Positions 25,440-38,522 of a DNA stretch of 64,000 bases are shown here, one piece after another. The notes beneath the pieces were generated by a model. The model was not told the origin of the DNA and ran no database searches. It saw only the letters and a list, made by a program, of their open reading frames with translations. Origin of the DNA: Octopus sinensis (lineage: Eukaryota); assembly GCF_006345805.1 (NCBI RefSeq), contig NC_042998.1:188728001-188792000 (forward strand). Direction: 5' to 3'. The position numbers and the translations under genes are program-made. Position 1 is the stretch's first letter. Each line of letters begins with the position of its first letter.

Positions 25440-25783
25440 TTATTTCAGTCATTTGACTGCAACCATGCTAGAGAACCGCTTTTAGTCGAACAAATCATCG
25501 ACCCCAGGACTTATTCTTTGCAAGTCTAGTACTTATTCAATCGGTTTCTTTTGTTGAACCACTCAGTTAGGGGACGTAAACACACCAACACCGGTTGTCA
25601 AGCAATGGTGCGGGGACAAACATGGACACATAAATATATACATATATACGATGGGTTGTTTTCAGCTTCACAAGGCTTTGGTCGGCCGAGCAGAAAACAC
25701 TTGCCCAAGGCACCACACAGTGGGACTGAACCCGGAACCATTTGGTTGGTAAGCAAGCTTCTTACCACACACCTATCCAGCAC
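25440..25783 (-). mobile_element. SINE family B (left arm of inverted duplication)
   Basis: Shares private deletions with 25850-26073. Confidence 0.85.
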
Positions 25784-25849
25784 CCACAAAAATATTAATA
25801 ATTCTTCTTTCTACTGAAGACACAAGGGCTGAAATTTGGTGGGAGGGGA

Positions 25850-26073
25850 GTGCAGGATGGGTGTGTGGTAAGAAGCTTGCTTACCAACCAAATGGTTCCG
25901 GGTTCAGTCCCACTGTGTGGCGCCTTGAGCAAGTGTTTTCTGCTCGGGCCGACCAAAGCCTTGTGAAACAGAAAACAACCCATCGTATATATGTATATGT
26001 TTATGTGTCCATGTTTGTCCCCGCACCATTGCTTGACAACCGGTGTTTGTGTGTTTACGCCCCCTAACTGAGT
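25850..26073 (+). mobile_element. SINE family B, inverted duplicate of 25560-25783
   Basis: About 95% identical reverse complement, 66-nt spacer. Confidence 0.85.
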
Positions 26074-26359
26074 GTTTCATTGGTATTTAATCTATCGTCC
26101 CCGAAAGGATGAAAGGTGAAGTCGACCTCGGCGAAATTTGAACTTAGAAAGTAGCGACGGGCGAAATACCGCTAAGCATTTCGTCTAGCGTGTTAAACGA
26201 TTCTGCCAACTCACCTTTCATTTATTTATATCAATAAATATATATATGTATACATATATATACCTACACACACACATATATATATATACATAGTTACCGG
26301 CACATAAATACACCAGCACCGGTTGTCACATGGTGGGAATAAAACACAAACACACACAT

Positions 26360-26441
<82 letters not shown>

Positions 26442-26483
26442 TTAGATAGATAGATAGATGGATGGATAGATAGATAGATAGAT

Positions 26484-26517
<34 letters not shown>

Positions 26518-26720
26518 GCATGCATACACATAATACATACATATTCATACACGTATGTATGTATGTATGTATGTATGTATGTATGTATGTATGTATGTAT
26601 GTATGTATGTATGTATGTGTGTGTGTGTATGTACGTATGTATGTATATATGTATGTATGTATGTGTGTATGTGTGTATGTGTGTATGTATGTATGTATGT
26701 ATGTATGTATGTATGTATGC
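26360..26720. repeat. Compound (TA)/(GA)/(GATA)/(TATG) microsatellite
   Basis: Direct reading. Confidence 0.97.
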
Positions 26721-27599
26721 ATGCATGACTGTATAGACATACGCACACACAAACACTCATATGTATACAGCGAGAAGGGAGTTTAAAGCCTACATATAAA
26801 GAGAGACCACTATATTAGCTATATACACGACGTAAGTGTCGCTAAAAAAATCGAATTCTCAACCTTTTTTTAACCATACAAGCATGACTGAAATCATCCC
26901 GTACAGATTTTATTTTTTCTTTGTCTCTCAAAGGGAGATTTAATTTTATGTATTTTATGATAATCACTTGAGATTGATTACATCCACTCATGAAGACACG
27001 CAAGGAATCATCCTCCACAACAACTCCTCATCAGCTCCCAAACAAAACGAGGTGGAGATGGGCTGTGTCATGCACCCTCACGCTCTGGATTGAACACAGA
27101 TCAAAGAAAACTAACTGCATACGAGCTTATTGCATTTCCATGTGAAATCGAGAATATGTGGGTTTTTCCTGGTGTAAGGGGGATAACTCACGAAAACTAT
27201 TTTGAGTAGTGTTAAATTTCACGTCAAGTAGAACAAAAATATTCTGTCATGATATTTGGCGCTGTGCTGTGCGGGCTTAAAGTAATCATTTATATGTAAT
27301 GACCCTCTACGTGATACCTATATCTGCTAGAAAAGGCAGCAAAATTCCCCTTATTGTGCAATGAAACGTTTTGAAATGAGAAAGGCATTAATGAATTCCA
27401 AGATAAGACAATGTTTAGGTTGGAGCGCTTCTGATATTGTCTTGGTCTTCTCAACCAAGCTGACCTGGAACTAAACAACTCTAATAACAAGAACAGCACC
27501 AGCAACAACAGTTACAGCAACAACTTGCCTGTATTGTTTGAACAAGTAAATGGATTTACTTGTTATTTTTTTCGGATTCGGAAAATATTTTCATATATA

Positions 27600-28116
27600 G
27601 GCGCAGGAGTGGCATCTTGGGCAAGTGTCTTCTGCTACAGCCCCGGGCCGACCAATGCCTTGTGAGTGGATTTTGGTAGACGGAAACTGAAAGAAGCCCG
27701 TCGTATATATATAGGCGCAGGAGTGGCTGTGTGGTAAGTGGCTTGCTAACCAACCACATGGTTCCGGGTTCAGTCCCACTGCGTGGCATCTTGGGCAAGT
27801 GTCTTCTGCTACAGCCCCGGGCCGACCAATGCCTTGTGAGTGGATTTTGGTAGACGGAAACTGAAAGAAGCCCGTCGTATATATGTATATACATATATAT
27901 ATGTATGTGTGTGCGTGTTTGTCCCCCTAGCATTGCTTGAAAACCGATGCTGGTGTGTTTACGTCCCCGTCACTTAGCGGTTCGGCAAAAGATACCGATA
28001 GAATAAGTACTGGGCTTACAAAGAATAAGTCCCGGGGTCGATTTGCTCGACTAAAGGCGGTGCTCCAGCATGGCCACAGTCAAATGACTGAAACAAGTAA
28101 AAGAGTAAAAGAGAGT
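27600..28116 (+). mobile_element. SINE family B with duplicated, internally deleted head
   Basis: 27600-27713 is a deleted copy of the head of 27714-28116 with the same diagnostic variants. Confidence 0.88.
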
Positions 28117-28834
28117 ATATATAACTCAGCAATCACAATTATTGTATCTAACTCTTTGCCTGTCCAATGGATTTTCATAAATGCATCCTAAACGTCCGTG
28201 ATTGCGTTCAGACTTATAGTTAGCCATTGTTTCATACGATTTGAATGAAATAAAGCTTTCTTTTCCTAAATCCCAAATACTCTAGTGGCTGGAAAAAAAC
28301 TTGAGAATGTGTATCATATATGATGTATGAGCGCAAGTAAAATGTGTTCTGCGAATCACACGTGATAAACAGGACCGGTAAAGAGTAGATATGATTATCT
28401 ATTATGTAGGCAAAAGCGTTTATTTAACAGACTAGAAATAGGAAGTCAAACTGTATGTGACTTTGTGAAATGTTGGAAAGATTCTGTGAATGCAGTTCAT
28501 GGGATATTATATAGATGTTGATTTTTCCTGTTGAATCGGTACAAAATGAAGTAGTACTGCAGAAAAAGTATAAAATTGATCTAATTGATCACCGTGCATT
28601 ACTTGCTATTATTTTAACGACGTCTGCAAAATGAGTTCTTCATAACAGGAAATGAATTCCTACAAGGGCAAGATCAAAATCTCAAAGGTACAAAGTTTAT
28701 AGAATTAAGAGGCTTTTGTTTTAATGCGGTTTTGAACATTCTTGTTCATAGTAGATCAAAATCTCAAATGTACATAGTACATAGTAGATCAAAATCTCAA
28801 ATGTACAAATTCCGGTATTCAATTCGTTATTTCT

Positions 28835-29058
28835 TATTTCTTTATTGTCCACAAGGGGCTAAACATAGAGGGGACAAACAAGGACAGACAAACGGATTAA
28901 GTCGATTACATCGACCCCAGTGTGTAACTGATACTTAATTTGATCGACCCCAAAAGGATGAAAGACCTCGGCGAAATTTGAACTCAGAACGTAACGGCAG
29001 ACGAAATACCGCTAGATAGTTCGCCCGTCGTGCAAACGTTTCTGCCAGCTCGCCGCCT
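28835..29058 (-). mobile_element. SINE family A
   Basis: Full-length copy with a small internal deletion. Confidence 0.88.
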
Positions 29059-29329
29059 TATTTCTTTTGGAGTATGAAAGCAACTTCGAACCTGAAATTT
29101 TAATTTCATGCATACATACATACATACATACATACATACATACATACATACATACATACATACATACATACATACATACATACATGCACATATGCATACA
29201 CACACATACATACATACATACATACATACATACATACATACATACATACAACATACATACATACAACTGCTTCGAAACCTCCAGCTTCTATATCCAGACT
29301 ATGAATTCACATTCACATAATTAGAGCAC

Positions 29330-30860
29330 TAGGTTTTGTTAGTAAATGCTTAAAGGAGAATCTGGATAAAATGGGGTTTTCAGAAAGAGGAATCGACCAG
29401 TTAATTTGTACATTAGAAGTGCAATCTGTGAGTGGAACAGTTAAAATCTGCAAGACTTTTCTCAAGTTCCAAATGCGAATTTGTCTATGCAGGAAACCGG
29501 CTCCCTCCTCAGTGGAATATTTATAAGACATTTCAAACATTGCTGGTTTAAACACGTTTCTTGTTTGGGACGGACCCGCCATTTTATGCCCTTGATACCA
29601 CACGAGAAGCAGAAATGGAAAGTATCAAGGCAATGTTTCATTGTCACATAAAAGAAAAAATAACGGTTGGTAGATCTTCGTTTTCGTGTTGGTGACCAGC
29701 ATGATCGTCTTTCATACTCGCCTAGAGGGTTCAGCTAACATAGCTACCTCCTTACCGATGCGTACATTCAGTTCAGTATCGAGGGATATGTTACTAGAGC
29801 TATTTGAGCCAGGCTAGAGTGTAATTTCCGATGCAGATACTGAGAACGTTACTTATGTTGGGAGTCACAATTTTGATCTTATGGAAGTTGATATTCAGGT
29901 TAAAGTTTCTACACAACAAAGCCAAGCAGATGAAGAAATACTACAGAACATCCTTGAGTGCGGTGTAAGGGTGGCGATATCTTGTTGATAAAAACATTTT
30001 TTTTTCTCATGAAGTTGCTTTGGAATGAACAATTTTCCGTCATTTCTTGTGTTCAGGAATGCACCATTCTCTGATAAACAAAAGGCAAGCGCAGCTGCTA
30101 GGAAAAGATGTTAAAGAGCGTGAGGGTGCATGACACAGCCCATCTCCACCTCGTTTTGTTTGGGAGCTGATGAGGAGTTGTTGTGGAGGATGATTCCTTG
30201 CGTGTCTTCATGAGTGGATGTAATCAATCTCAAGTGATTATCATCTAAATTTCTGGAACAAAGTAAAGAGTATTTATTAACGAGATCAAAAACTTTTGTC
30301 AGGTCGAAGAAGACAATGTAATCTGGTAAGAACCATATGGTTATTGCCTTTCCAACAGGACTTAGAACAAAGATATGCATGATAGTTAATTAAGTTGGTT
30401 GTTACAACTAATGTGTTGTCAGTTGTTTGCGTATAGGATGGTGATATTTGCGTTTCTCAGATCCTGAGGCATTGCTCTCCCGCCTCTCTCACTCTCGCAT
30501 TGACATAGACATTAATGTGGAGTAAAGCAGCGGTTTTTCTACTCCTGACTACCCTTGAGAGGAAATCGTCTTTATACGAGCTTTAACGTATGCGAAGAAG
30601 TTAACAGCCTTACACAAATCTGATATGCTTGGCGGGCCCTCAAGGCTTTGCATGACAGTCAGGCTCATGGCACTTTCAAATGCATTGTGCACGAGTTGAG
30701 CTTCTGGTGGTGCTCGACTCATTTTATCATCTCGGACATCAGGGGAAATGACATGGTTTAATGATTATGCTTTAATGATTTCTGCGATACGTTTCTTTAT
30801 ATCGTCATAAATAAGATTGGATGGGAGAACCGATTCAAGGTATTACCTATCTCTGTAATT
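29330..30860 (-). mobile_element. Decayed RTE-clade LINE reverse transcriptase
   Basis: Fragments LRNANITILY, FFDLTKVFDLV and GCVMHP match RT motifs (DAxIxxLYK, FxDLxKAFD, GVxQGCVLxP); many stops. Confidence 0.75.
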
Positions 30861-31478
30861 CTGAATGAAAGCTAAATAATATATCTCTTACATCTTAGCA
30901 GTAAAACCTGCATTTATGCATATAATAAATGTAACAATGGTACCTGGAATCAAAAGATAGAAAGTGAACAAATGTGCATATTTTGGAACATAAATAATTA
31001 TGTAATCTACATTCATTGATATTTAGCAAAGAACTTTTTCTGCGAGGCCGCTAACTGCGAGAAAACCTATTCCTTAATTTTCTAAAAGGCATTTAACAGA
31101 GAATACGAAATTATAATCAATCAACACACTTATTTTAGTGCAATTTTCATTATTTTATGATACAGCTATCCATCACTACAATCCTTAAACAATAGTTTCA
31201 CAGCATTTTATACTAATTAGTTAGCAATTACTATGAAGTAGAGTGTCATTAGATGGCATCTTAATTAACTCATTTGACATTTAAAAGGTGATAGGCAATA
31301 TGTTTAGCCAAGATTTTCATTGAAAAACCTTTAAATATAATTAATTCCTGCGTTAGCTAATGAAATTCTGAATAAAATACCCAATAAAAAAATTATATAT
31401 ATATTATTGTTATTTATGTATTGGTTTATGTCTATCACTGTTTGAGTTGCATAATAGTGGTTTTATCACTAATTTATA

Positions 31479-31534
<56 letters not shown>

Positions 31535-31699
31535 CGAGAGAGGTGTATGTTTATATGCACACAGATGTTTGACATGCATGCAAGACATGCATGTAGCTAG
31601 GGTGAGATGTATATCGCGGCTGACCCATGTATATTCAACGTTGTGTCCATATGAATATAGCGCTAATGAGTTCTTGCCCAACTTCACTCAAATATTCAT

Positions 31700-32420
31700 G
31701 CCTCTGTTATTAGTGGCATCATTGATTATAAGATTACATTGCTTTATAGACATTGTTTGATGAGATGCATTTATGGGAGATATTAAGAACGACCGATATG
31801 GTGCAAGTGGAAATGGTGTGAAGAATTGTCTCCGGGTATTTGTCATCACAGCAGTGAACGTTGAACCTGCACTGATTCCATAGTGGCACGGTAGAATCTT
31901 TGACTAAAATAATTTGGTTAGGATGACTGGCAGGTAACACTGAAATCATTACGTGAAACCTATGCAGGTGTCTAGGAAAATAATGCACTAGCACCATTCC
32001 TATTTATCATCTGTCTGGGATGCATCGTTAATATAGCAATTTACAAAACTCAAGAACAAAATCTACCGTCACAATAAGAAACATGGATTTTGCAGAAACC
32101 ATGTCAAAAGCTGCCAGTCTTCACATAAACATGAAAAAGTAGAATATGTTATTGGTCTTTATGTCAAGTAATAGATCTGTATACATCTACTATGAACAAG
32201 AATGTTCAAAACCGCATTAAAACAAAAGCCTCTTACTTCTATAAACTTTGTACATTTAAGAAGTAATAGTGCATCCAGGAAAAGATCCTGTTCAAAATAT
32301 TGATATGTGCTTGTATACATTATCGAGGCTATTGCTAATACCAATGTGGTATGCGCCTCTTCCTGTTGTATTTGAGAAGGTTGTTTTGCAAGGTCATTAA
32401 ATAACGATTACTGATTTAGG
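31700..32420 (+). mobile_element. Decayed LINE reverse transcriptase fragment
   Basis: LAPFLFIICL and MDFAE-like motifs, disrupted. Confidence 0.55.
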
Positions 32421-32551
32421 CAGAAGGTGAGCAATTTTAAGGGGAGAGGATTAGTCGATGTCATCGACTCCAGTATTTGACTTATTTAATCACATTGCAG
32501 AATCACCCCCCCTCTCTCTCTCTCTATATATATATATATATTATCACCCCC

Positions 32552-32603
<52 letters not shown>

Positions 32604-33899
32604 GAGGGTACTATTATTCATATATCCTATTTTTAAATTTATATATATATAAATATATATATATATACAGCGAGCGAGTAGGAGAGAAGGAAAGAGAGAG
32701 CAATGTGTCATATTTAACGTATATACACCGTCGAAAGAATAATGCCCGGCTTTTGTGTGTGTGCGTGCATGTTAAGGGCAAGATGCAAATCTTCCCAGTA
32801 CTGACCCGCGTGAACGTGTACTCATTAATAACATGCCTAGAGGAAATCTGTTCCCTCTGGTACATAGAAAACTTAATAATTCATTCACGGATATTACAGA
32901 AAACCGGTGGACTGGATAAAAAGTTGGTGTACTTAATTGAAGCACTGAATTAAGATAGCCATCCTACTTCAAACCCCCTGGGTTTGACATATATACTAAA
33001 ACATTTTGTTGGTAAAATGAACCAATTAAAAGCTTCTAAATATGAATAGGGTAGCACCACTAATGAACAAAAGGTACAAACAAAAGATAGAATTGTCAAA
33101 ACACTTTCTATCTATATAAAAAAAAACGAATGGCACATGGAAAGTCCACTTCCCACTCTTTATCGGCCTGGTGCTAACATCTTTAACTAAAACTTTCAGC
33201 TAAATTGAACTTGGATACAAATACTATGAAAGAACAATCAAGAATTGTTTGTATGCGAACGACGACAAGTTATACAATACAATTAAAAACAAGTAAAAAA
33301 TACTGCTTTAGATACGGTTTTATTTGAAAAATTGATAGGAGATTGGATTTAGAAAAATGCTTCAAGAGAATCTTGAAGAGAGGAAAATTAATTAAGATCA
33401 CTAATATCATATTGGATAAAGAATCAGAGATAAGATAATTAATCCGAACACGGGCTTACAAATAAGTAGAAATCAATGAACTAGGCAGTGTACAGTACAC
33501 ACAAACTAAAGAAAAATTTAAGAAGGAATATAACAGTGGTATTAGATAGATAATTAAAACAGAGTTAAATAAATAAATAAAGCAATAAGTAATAAAGTCT
33601 TCGATACTTCAGCTGTTCAAGTAATAAAAAGATATATCATCTTGTAATATTCTCAACTGGATGCTAAATATACAAGAAAATTAGACAGAACGACAATAAT
33701 AATAATGCTTGTATTTAGAAAACACAATCTAACACAGGTTATATTTACTATGAATGTAGTGTTGTAAGTCACTTATGAAACTAGCAAACTCTTTTGCAAT
33801 ATTTACTGTAGCACTAAAAATATCTAATAGATATCAATGAAAAACTTAATACAAATAATTTTAACACATGATCAATAACCTTTTTTGTGTCTTTAAGAA

Positions 33900-35330
33900 G
33901 TTGTTCACAAAAAGTGAGGCAGAACTGGACAGCCTAGTCCTGTCTGAGGATTTTCTTGAATAATATTAAAATAGAGTCTGGGCACTCACAATGTGCCACG
34001 GTGGCTTTGAAACGAGGAAATCTTGTCAGGACAGAAGGCATATGGATGCCAAGTGGTGAAATGATGAGATGAGTTGAACCCAAATCCAGTAATGAATACC
34101 TGGGAATACTTGCGGCAGATGGAATTAAACACACCGATATAGAAGAAAAGACAAAGAGAGAGTACCTGAGGCGAGTAAGAAAAATATTTGCTTCAAAGCT
34201 GAATGCTAGAAACACAATTTCGGAAATAAACTCGCGCGCAGTCGCAGTAGTTCGGTATGGCGCTGGAATCCTGAAGTTGTCAACAGGAAGAGCTAAAGGA
34301 GATGGATAAGAAGACAAGAAAGCTCCTAACGATGCATGGAACCCACCATCCATGTACAGACACTGATCGCCTATACATGAAGAGAGCAAATAGAGGAAGG
34401 AGGCTGATATGTGTGGAAGACTGTGAACGTATTGAACTCGGGAGCTTAATGAGATACCTTTCCCAAAGTAAAGAAACCTTGCTAGTGACACTTAGGAATG
34501 AGGGAGTATTGAAAGCAGAAAAGAAAGGGAAAGTAAAGAAAGAAATACGAAAAGGACATGAAGAAGCACTACGCAGCTTGAGACTACGCAATCAATTCCA
34601 TGAAGCCACAAGAGACGTTAATGAGAAACAGGTGGGATTGGCTGATGAAAAGAACACTAAAAGAAATGAGATCGAGAGCACTATACTGGCAGTGCAAGAC
34701 CAAACTTTGGCCACGAACTGGAGGATAAACCTTAGGAATGAGCAAGTGTCTCCGCTGTGCCGCATCTGCAATAGAGTGGATGAAATCATTGTCTATATCA
34801 CGAACGAATGCTCTAGATTTCTCCAAACCACTACAAGTTGTGACGACACGACCAGGTAGCGAAAGTGCTACATTGGAAACTACGAAAAGTAGGGGCTAGA
34901 GAACGGCAAGATGTGGTATGAGCACAAACCGCCGAGAGTGGTGGAGTCGGAGTCTAGCAAAATCATTTGGGATTTCCCAATCCGAACAGATCCGGTGCTA
35001 AAGCATAACAGACCAGAACTAGTGATGATCGACAAAATGCACTACATGTGCTATATAGTTGGTGTTGCGTGCCACTTTGAGCCACGAATAGTCAAGATGG
35101 AAGGAGTAAAAGGCAGATAAATACAACCCTCTTAAGTACGAAATAGCCCGGTTGTAGAAAATGAAGAAGATTAAGATAATGCTGATTATTGTTAGGTACT
35201 TGGGAACAGTATCAGAAGGCATCAAGAGGAATATAAAGGAAATTGGAACAGGGTGCCCAGTAAAACTGTTACAAAAGGTTTGCCTCCTTGGCACGACCAA
35301 GGACCTGGAAACTGAAATGCGAAAGATGTA
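33900..35330 (+). mobile_element. Decayed RLE-type non-LTR retrotransposon (R4/Dong-like) 3' half
   Basis: DKKTRKLLTMHG..HP..DTDRLY, CRIC zinc-knuckle remnant and WDFPIRTD..LKHNRPEL (restriction-like endonuclease motif); frameshifts. Confidence 0.85.
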
Positions 35331-35591
35331 ACATTTGAAAGCAAGAACTGCTCCTGTTATTGCAGTTGCCCTAGGTATGATGAAAAAGGAATATCAGAAA
35401 TCTAGGAGAACCATGTCTCAGAGAAATCCAAAAGATTGTGCTGACAAGCACTGTGCGCATTCTTAGAAAAACCCGATCAATCTGCGTTGTATTACAGACA
35501 GATATTTCGCTACTGCTTCTGGTACTTCCCCTCCCCAAGTTAATGTAACATCTCTTATATTGCACTCACCCTAGGACGCTGATTAAAAGTG

Positions 35592-35720
35592 AAGAAGAAG
35601 AAGAAGAGGAGGAGGAGGAGGAAGGAGAAGACGAAGAAGAAGAAGAAGAAGGAGGAGGAGGAGGAGAAGAAGAAGAAGAAGAAGAAGAAGAGAAGAAGAA
35701 GAAGAAGAAGAAGAAGAAGA
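35592..35720. repeat. (GAA/GAG)n tract
   Basis: Direct reading. Confidence 0.95.
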
Positions 35721-35849
35721 AATATATTCACAGACAAGACAGAGTTGGGACCTGTACACACTGGAAGCTATGCCAACACTATAGAATAACAACAGAAAAA
35801 ATATGATATAGGCACACGCCAGAAAAGGTTACAGAAAATGAGAAAGCAA

Positions 35850-36700
35850 CCATACTCTGGGATATGCCAATGCACACATAGAGAAAGTAAGGCCTATAGG
35901 CCAGATATAGTTGTCAGAGATCACCAAGGAAAAAATGCTTTCTAATCGATGTATCAATACCAACAAATGACAATGTTTCTCTAAAGGAAACGGAGAAACT
36001 TTCAGAATACAAAGACCTGGAAATAGAGGTAACGCGAATGTGGAGTCTAAAAACCGAAACAATTCCTATCATAATCGGCGCATTAGGTATGATAGAAAAA
36101 TATGCAGACAAGTACATAGCAAATAAAAAACAGGAGTAACAAGTATATATAACATAAAGAAAATAGTACTATTAGGCACCGCACACATCTCTCTATATAT
36201 AAACGGCAGTTTGTCTGTCTGTGTATATGTGTGTCTGTCAGGTTGTACCCTCACCCTGACCACAGCTTTCAACCGATTCTGATGAAACTTGACACACACA
36301 TAGCCCAATGTCATAATTAAAAACTAACGCAGCGTAAATTTTGAAAAGTTCCCCCAGTTCTGGAAAAAATCGATAAATTCGACATGGGGTCGAGAATCAG
36401 AAACACAAACCACAGACTGTCTAGGGGACGCAACTCGACCTTTTTAACTCTCAAAAAAAATTTACCATAATTTTTTTTCCATTTTTTGCTATCTTTTGGC
36501 TATAACTCTCTAAAAATGCTTTATAGTTATTTCCCTTACAAACCCGAGCAACGCCGGGCGATACTGCTAGTTCTACATAAAACACTTTCAATACAGTAAA
36601 AATAAGAGCACCACAACAAACCATAGCACATACCCAAGGCACACAGAGCTGCACTCGGTAGTGCAGTAAAAGCACATGATGAAAATAAGACTACTGAATA
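35850..36700 (+). mobile_element. R4/Dong-like 3' end interrupted by a Helitron, (TAA)n tail
   Basis: ILWDMP..RPDIVV..LIDVSIP..KYKDLEIEV-type RLE motifs, stop after LSIQ, UTR, then the AAT array from ~36697. Confidence 0.85.
36188..36570 (+). mobile_element. Non-autonomous Helitron, subfamily B
   Basis: a|TCTCTCTATATATAAA...CCCGAGCAACGCCGGGCGATACTGCTAG|t; removing it restores the host retroelement frame GTAH-I-LHKTLSIQ*. Confidence 0.9.
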
Positions 36701-36709
36701 ATAATGATG

Positions 36710-36771
<62 letters not shown>

Positions 36772-36833
36772 ACAACAACAACATCAGCAGCAGCAACAAC
36801 AACAACAACAACATCAGCAGCAGCAGCAGCAGC

Positions 36834-36926
<93 letters not shown>
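36697..36926. repeat. Compound (AAT)/(AAC)/(AGC) trinucleotide array
   Basis: Direct reading. Confidence 0.96.
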
Positions 36927-36928
<2 letters not shown>

Positions 36929-37493
36929 GGACTGAAGAACCACATAAAAACTGCAATAAATTCGATAATAACAAAACCAAAATAACTAGTAGCAATAAGA
37001 AAGAAATTGATGTTGTAAGTATATTATTCTTATTTTATGACTTACAGGTTATTATCACACACTAAATATAATGTTTAAATAAGGATCCACATCCGCGTCG
37101 GCGAAAAAGAAAAGAGCCATTTTGACGAAGAAAGAAAACAAACTCGTGGAAACATAACAGAACTAAATGGTCCATGTAAATCTGATACGTATTTTTACAA
37201 ATTGCAAGTGATTATCAGATAGAATCTATTTTTTTAATTACAGATCACACGCGGGGATATGAGAAGCAAAAGAGCTTTTGAGACGAACACAATAAAAAGA
37301 ACCGAAGCAAAACAAAGCAAATGTGAAAAATATTACGCATGAAACGAACAAGGTAATGCTGCAAATCACAATTACACAGAAAGAGAGAGAGAAAAAAAAG
37401 TTAAATTTGAAATGGTGAGAAATATTAAGCCTCGAGGGAAACATTCAATAAAAACCAGGAAGATATACCACTAAGCATAACTGTTCGATGTTT

Positions 37494-38095
37494 AAGGCGG
37501 CGAGCTGGCAGAACCGTTAGCACGCCGGGCGAAATGCGTAGCCGTAATTTCGTCTGCTGTTACGTTCTGAGTTCAAATTCCGCTGAGGTCGACTTTGCCT
37601 TTCATCCTTTCGGGGTCGATAAATTAAGTACCAGTTAAGCACTTGGATCTATGTAATCAACTTAATCCCTTTGTCTGTCCTTGTTTGTCCCCTCTATGTT
37701 TAGCCCCTTGTGGGTAGTAAAGAAATAGGTATTTCGTCTGCTGTTAGGTTCTGAGTTCAAATTCTGCTGAGGTCGACTTTGCCTTTCATCCCTTTCGGGG
37801 TCGATAAATTAAGTACCAGTTACGCACTGGGGTCGATGTAATCGACTTAATCCGTTCGTCTGTCCTTGTTTGTCCCCTCTATGTTTAGCCCCTTGTGGGT
37901 AGTAAAGAAATAGGTATTTCGTCTGCTGTTAGGTTCTGAGTTCAAATTCTGCCGAGGTCGACTTTGCCTTTCATCCCTTTCGGGGTCGATAAATTAAGTA
38001 CCAGTTACGCACTGGGGTCGATGTAATCGACTTAATCCGTTCGTCTGTCCTTGTTTGTCCCCTCTATGTTTAGCCCCTTGTGGGTAATAAAGAAA
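37494..38095 (+). mobile_element. SINE family A tandem trimer
   Basis: One full copy plus two headless 185-bp repeats; a single TSD pair tgttcgatgttt (37482-37493, 38103-38114) flanks the array. Confidence 0.9.
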
Positions 38096-38350
38096 CACAA
38101 ATTGTTCGATGTTTCAACAATTTTGCCATTTGACTATTTCTGCTGAGTCTTCAAATTCCGCCGAGGTCGACTTTGCTTTTCATTCCTTCAGGGTCGATAA
38201 AATAAGTACCAGGCCTTGTGCCAGTAATAGAATTTATTAATGTTGTTGTTGTTGTTGTTCTTGTCGTTGCTGCTACTCTTGTTGTTGCTGTTTCTGCTAC
38301 TGTTATTAGTAGAAGACGAAAGAGGAGAGAGGGCAGTGGGAAGAGGAGGA

Positions 38351-38369
38351 GAAGAAGAAGAAGAAGAAG

Positions 38370-38430
<61 letters not shown>

Positions 38431-38522
38431 AAGAAGAAGAAGAAGAAGAAGAAGAAGAAGAAGAAGAAGAAGAAGAAGAAGAAGAAGAAGAAGAAGAAGA
38501 AGAAGAAGAAGAAGAAGAAGAA
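38351..38522. repeat. Nearly pure (GAA)n, about 57 units
   Basis: Direct reading; one interruption at 38400. Confidence 0.98.

Noticed and set aside
36536-37065. Poly-N/T/A/I, poly-K/R/E and poly-S/V ORFs (also 35589, 38218, 53230)
   Set aside because: Translations of trinucleotide arrays.
37244-37352. Plus-strand exon-like segment (tacag...CAAG|gtaatg)
   Set aside because: Stops in all three frames; no partner exons.
37494-38095. Regular repeats as a CRISPR-like array
   Set aside because: Eukaryotic SINE multimer with no unique spacers and no cas genes.
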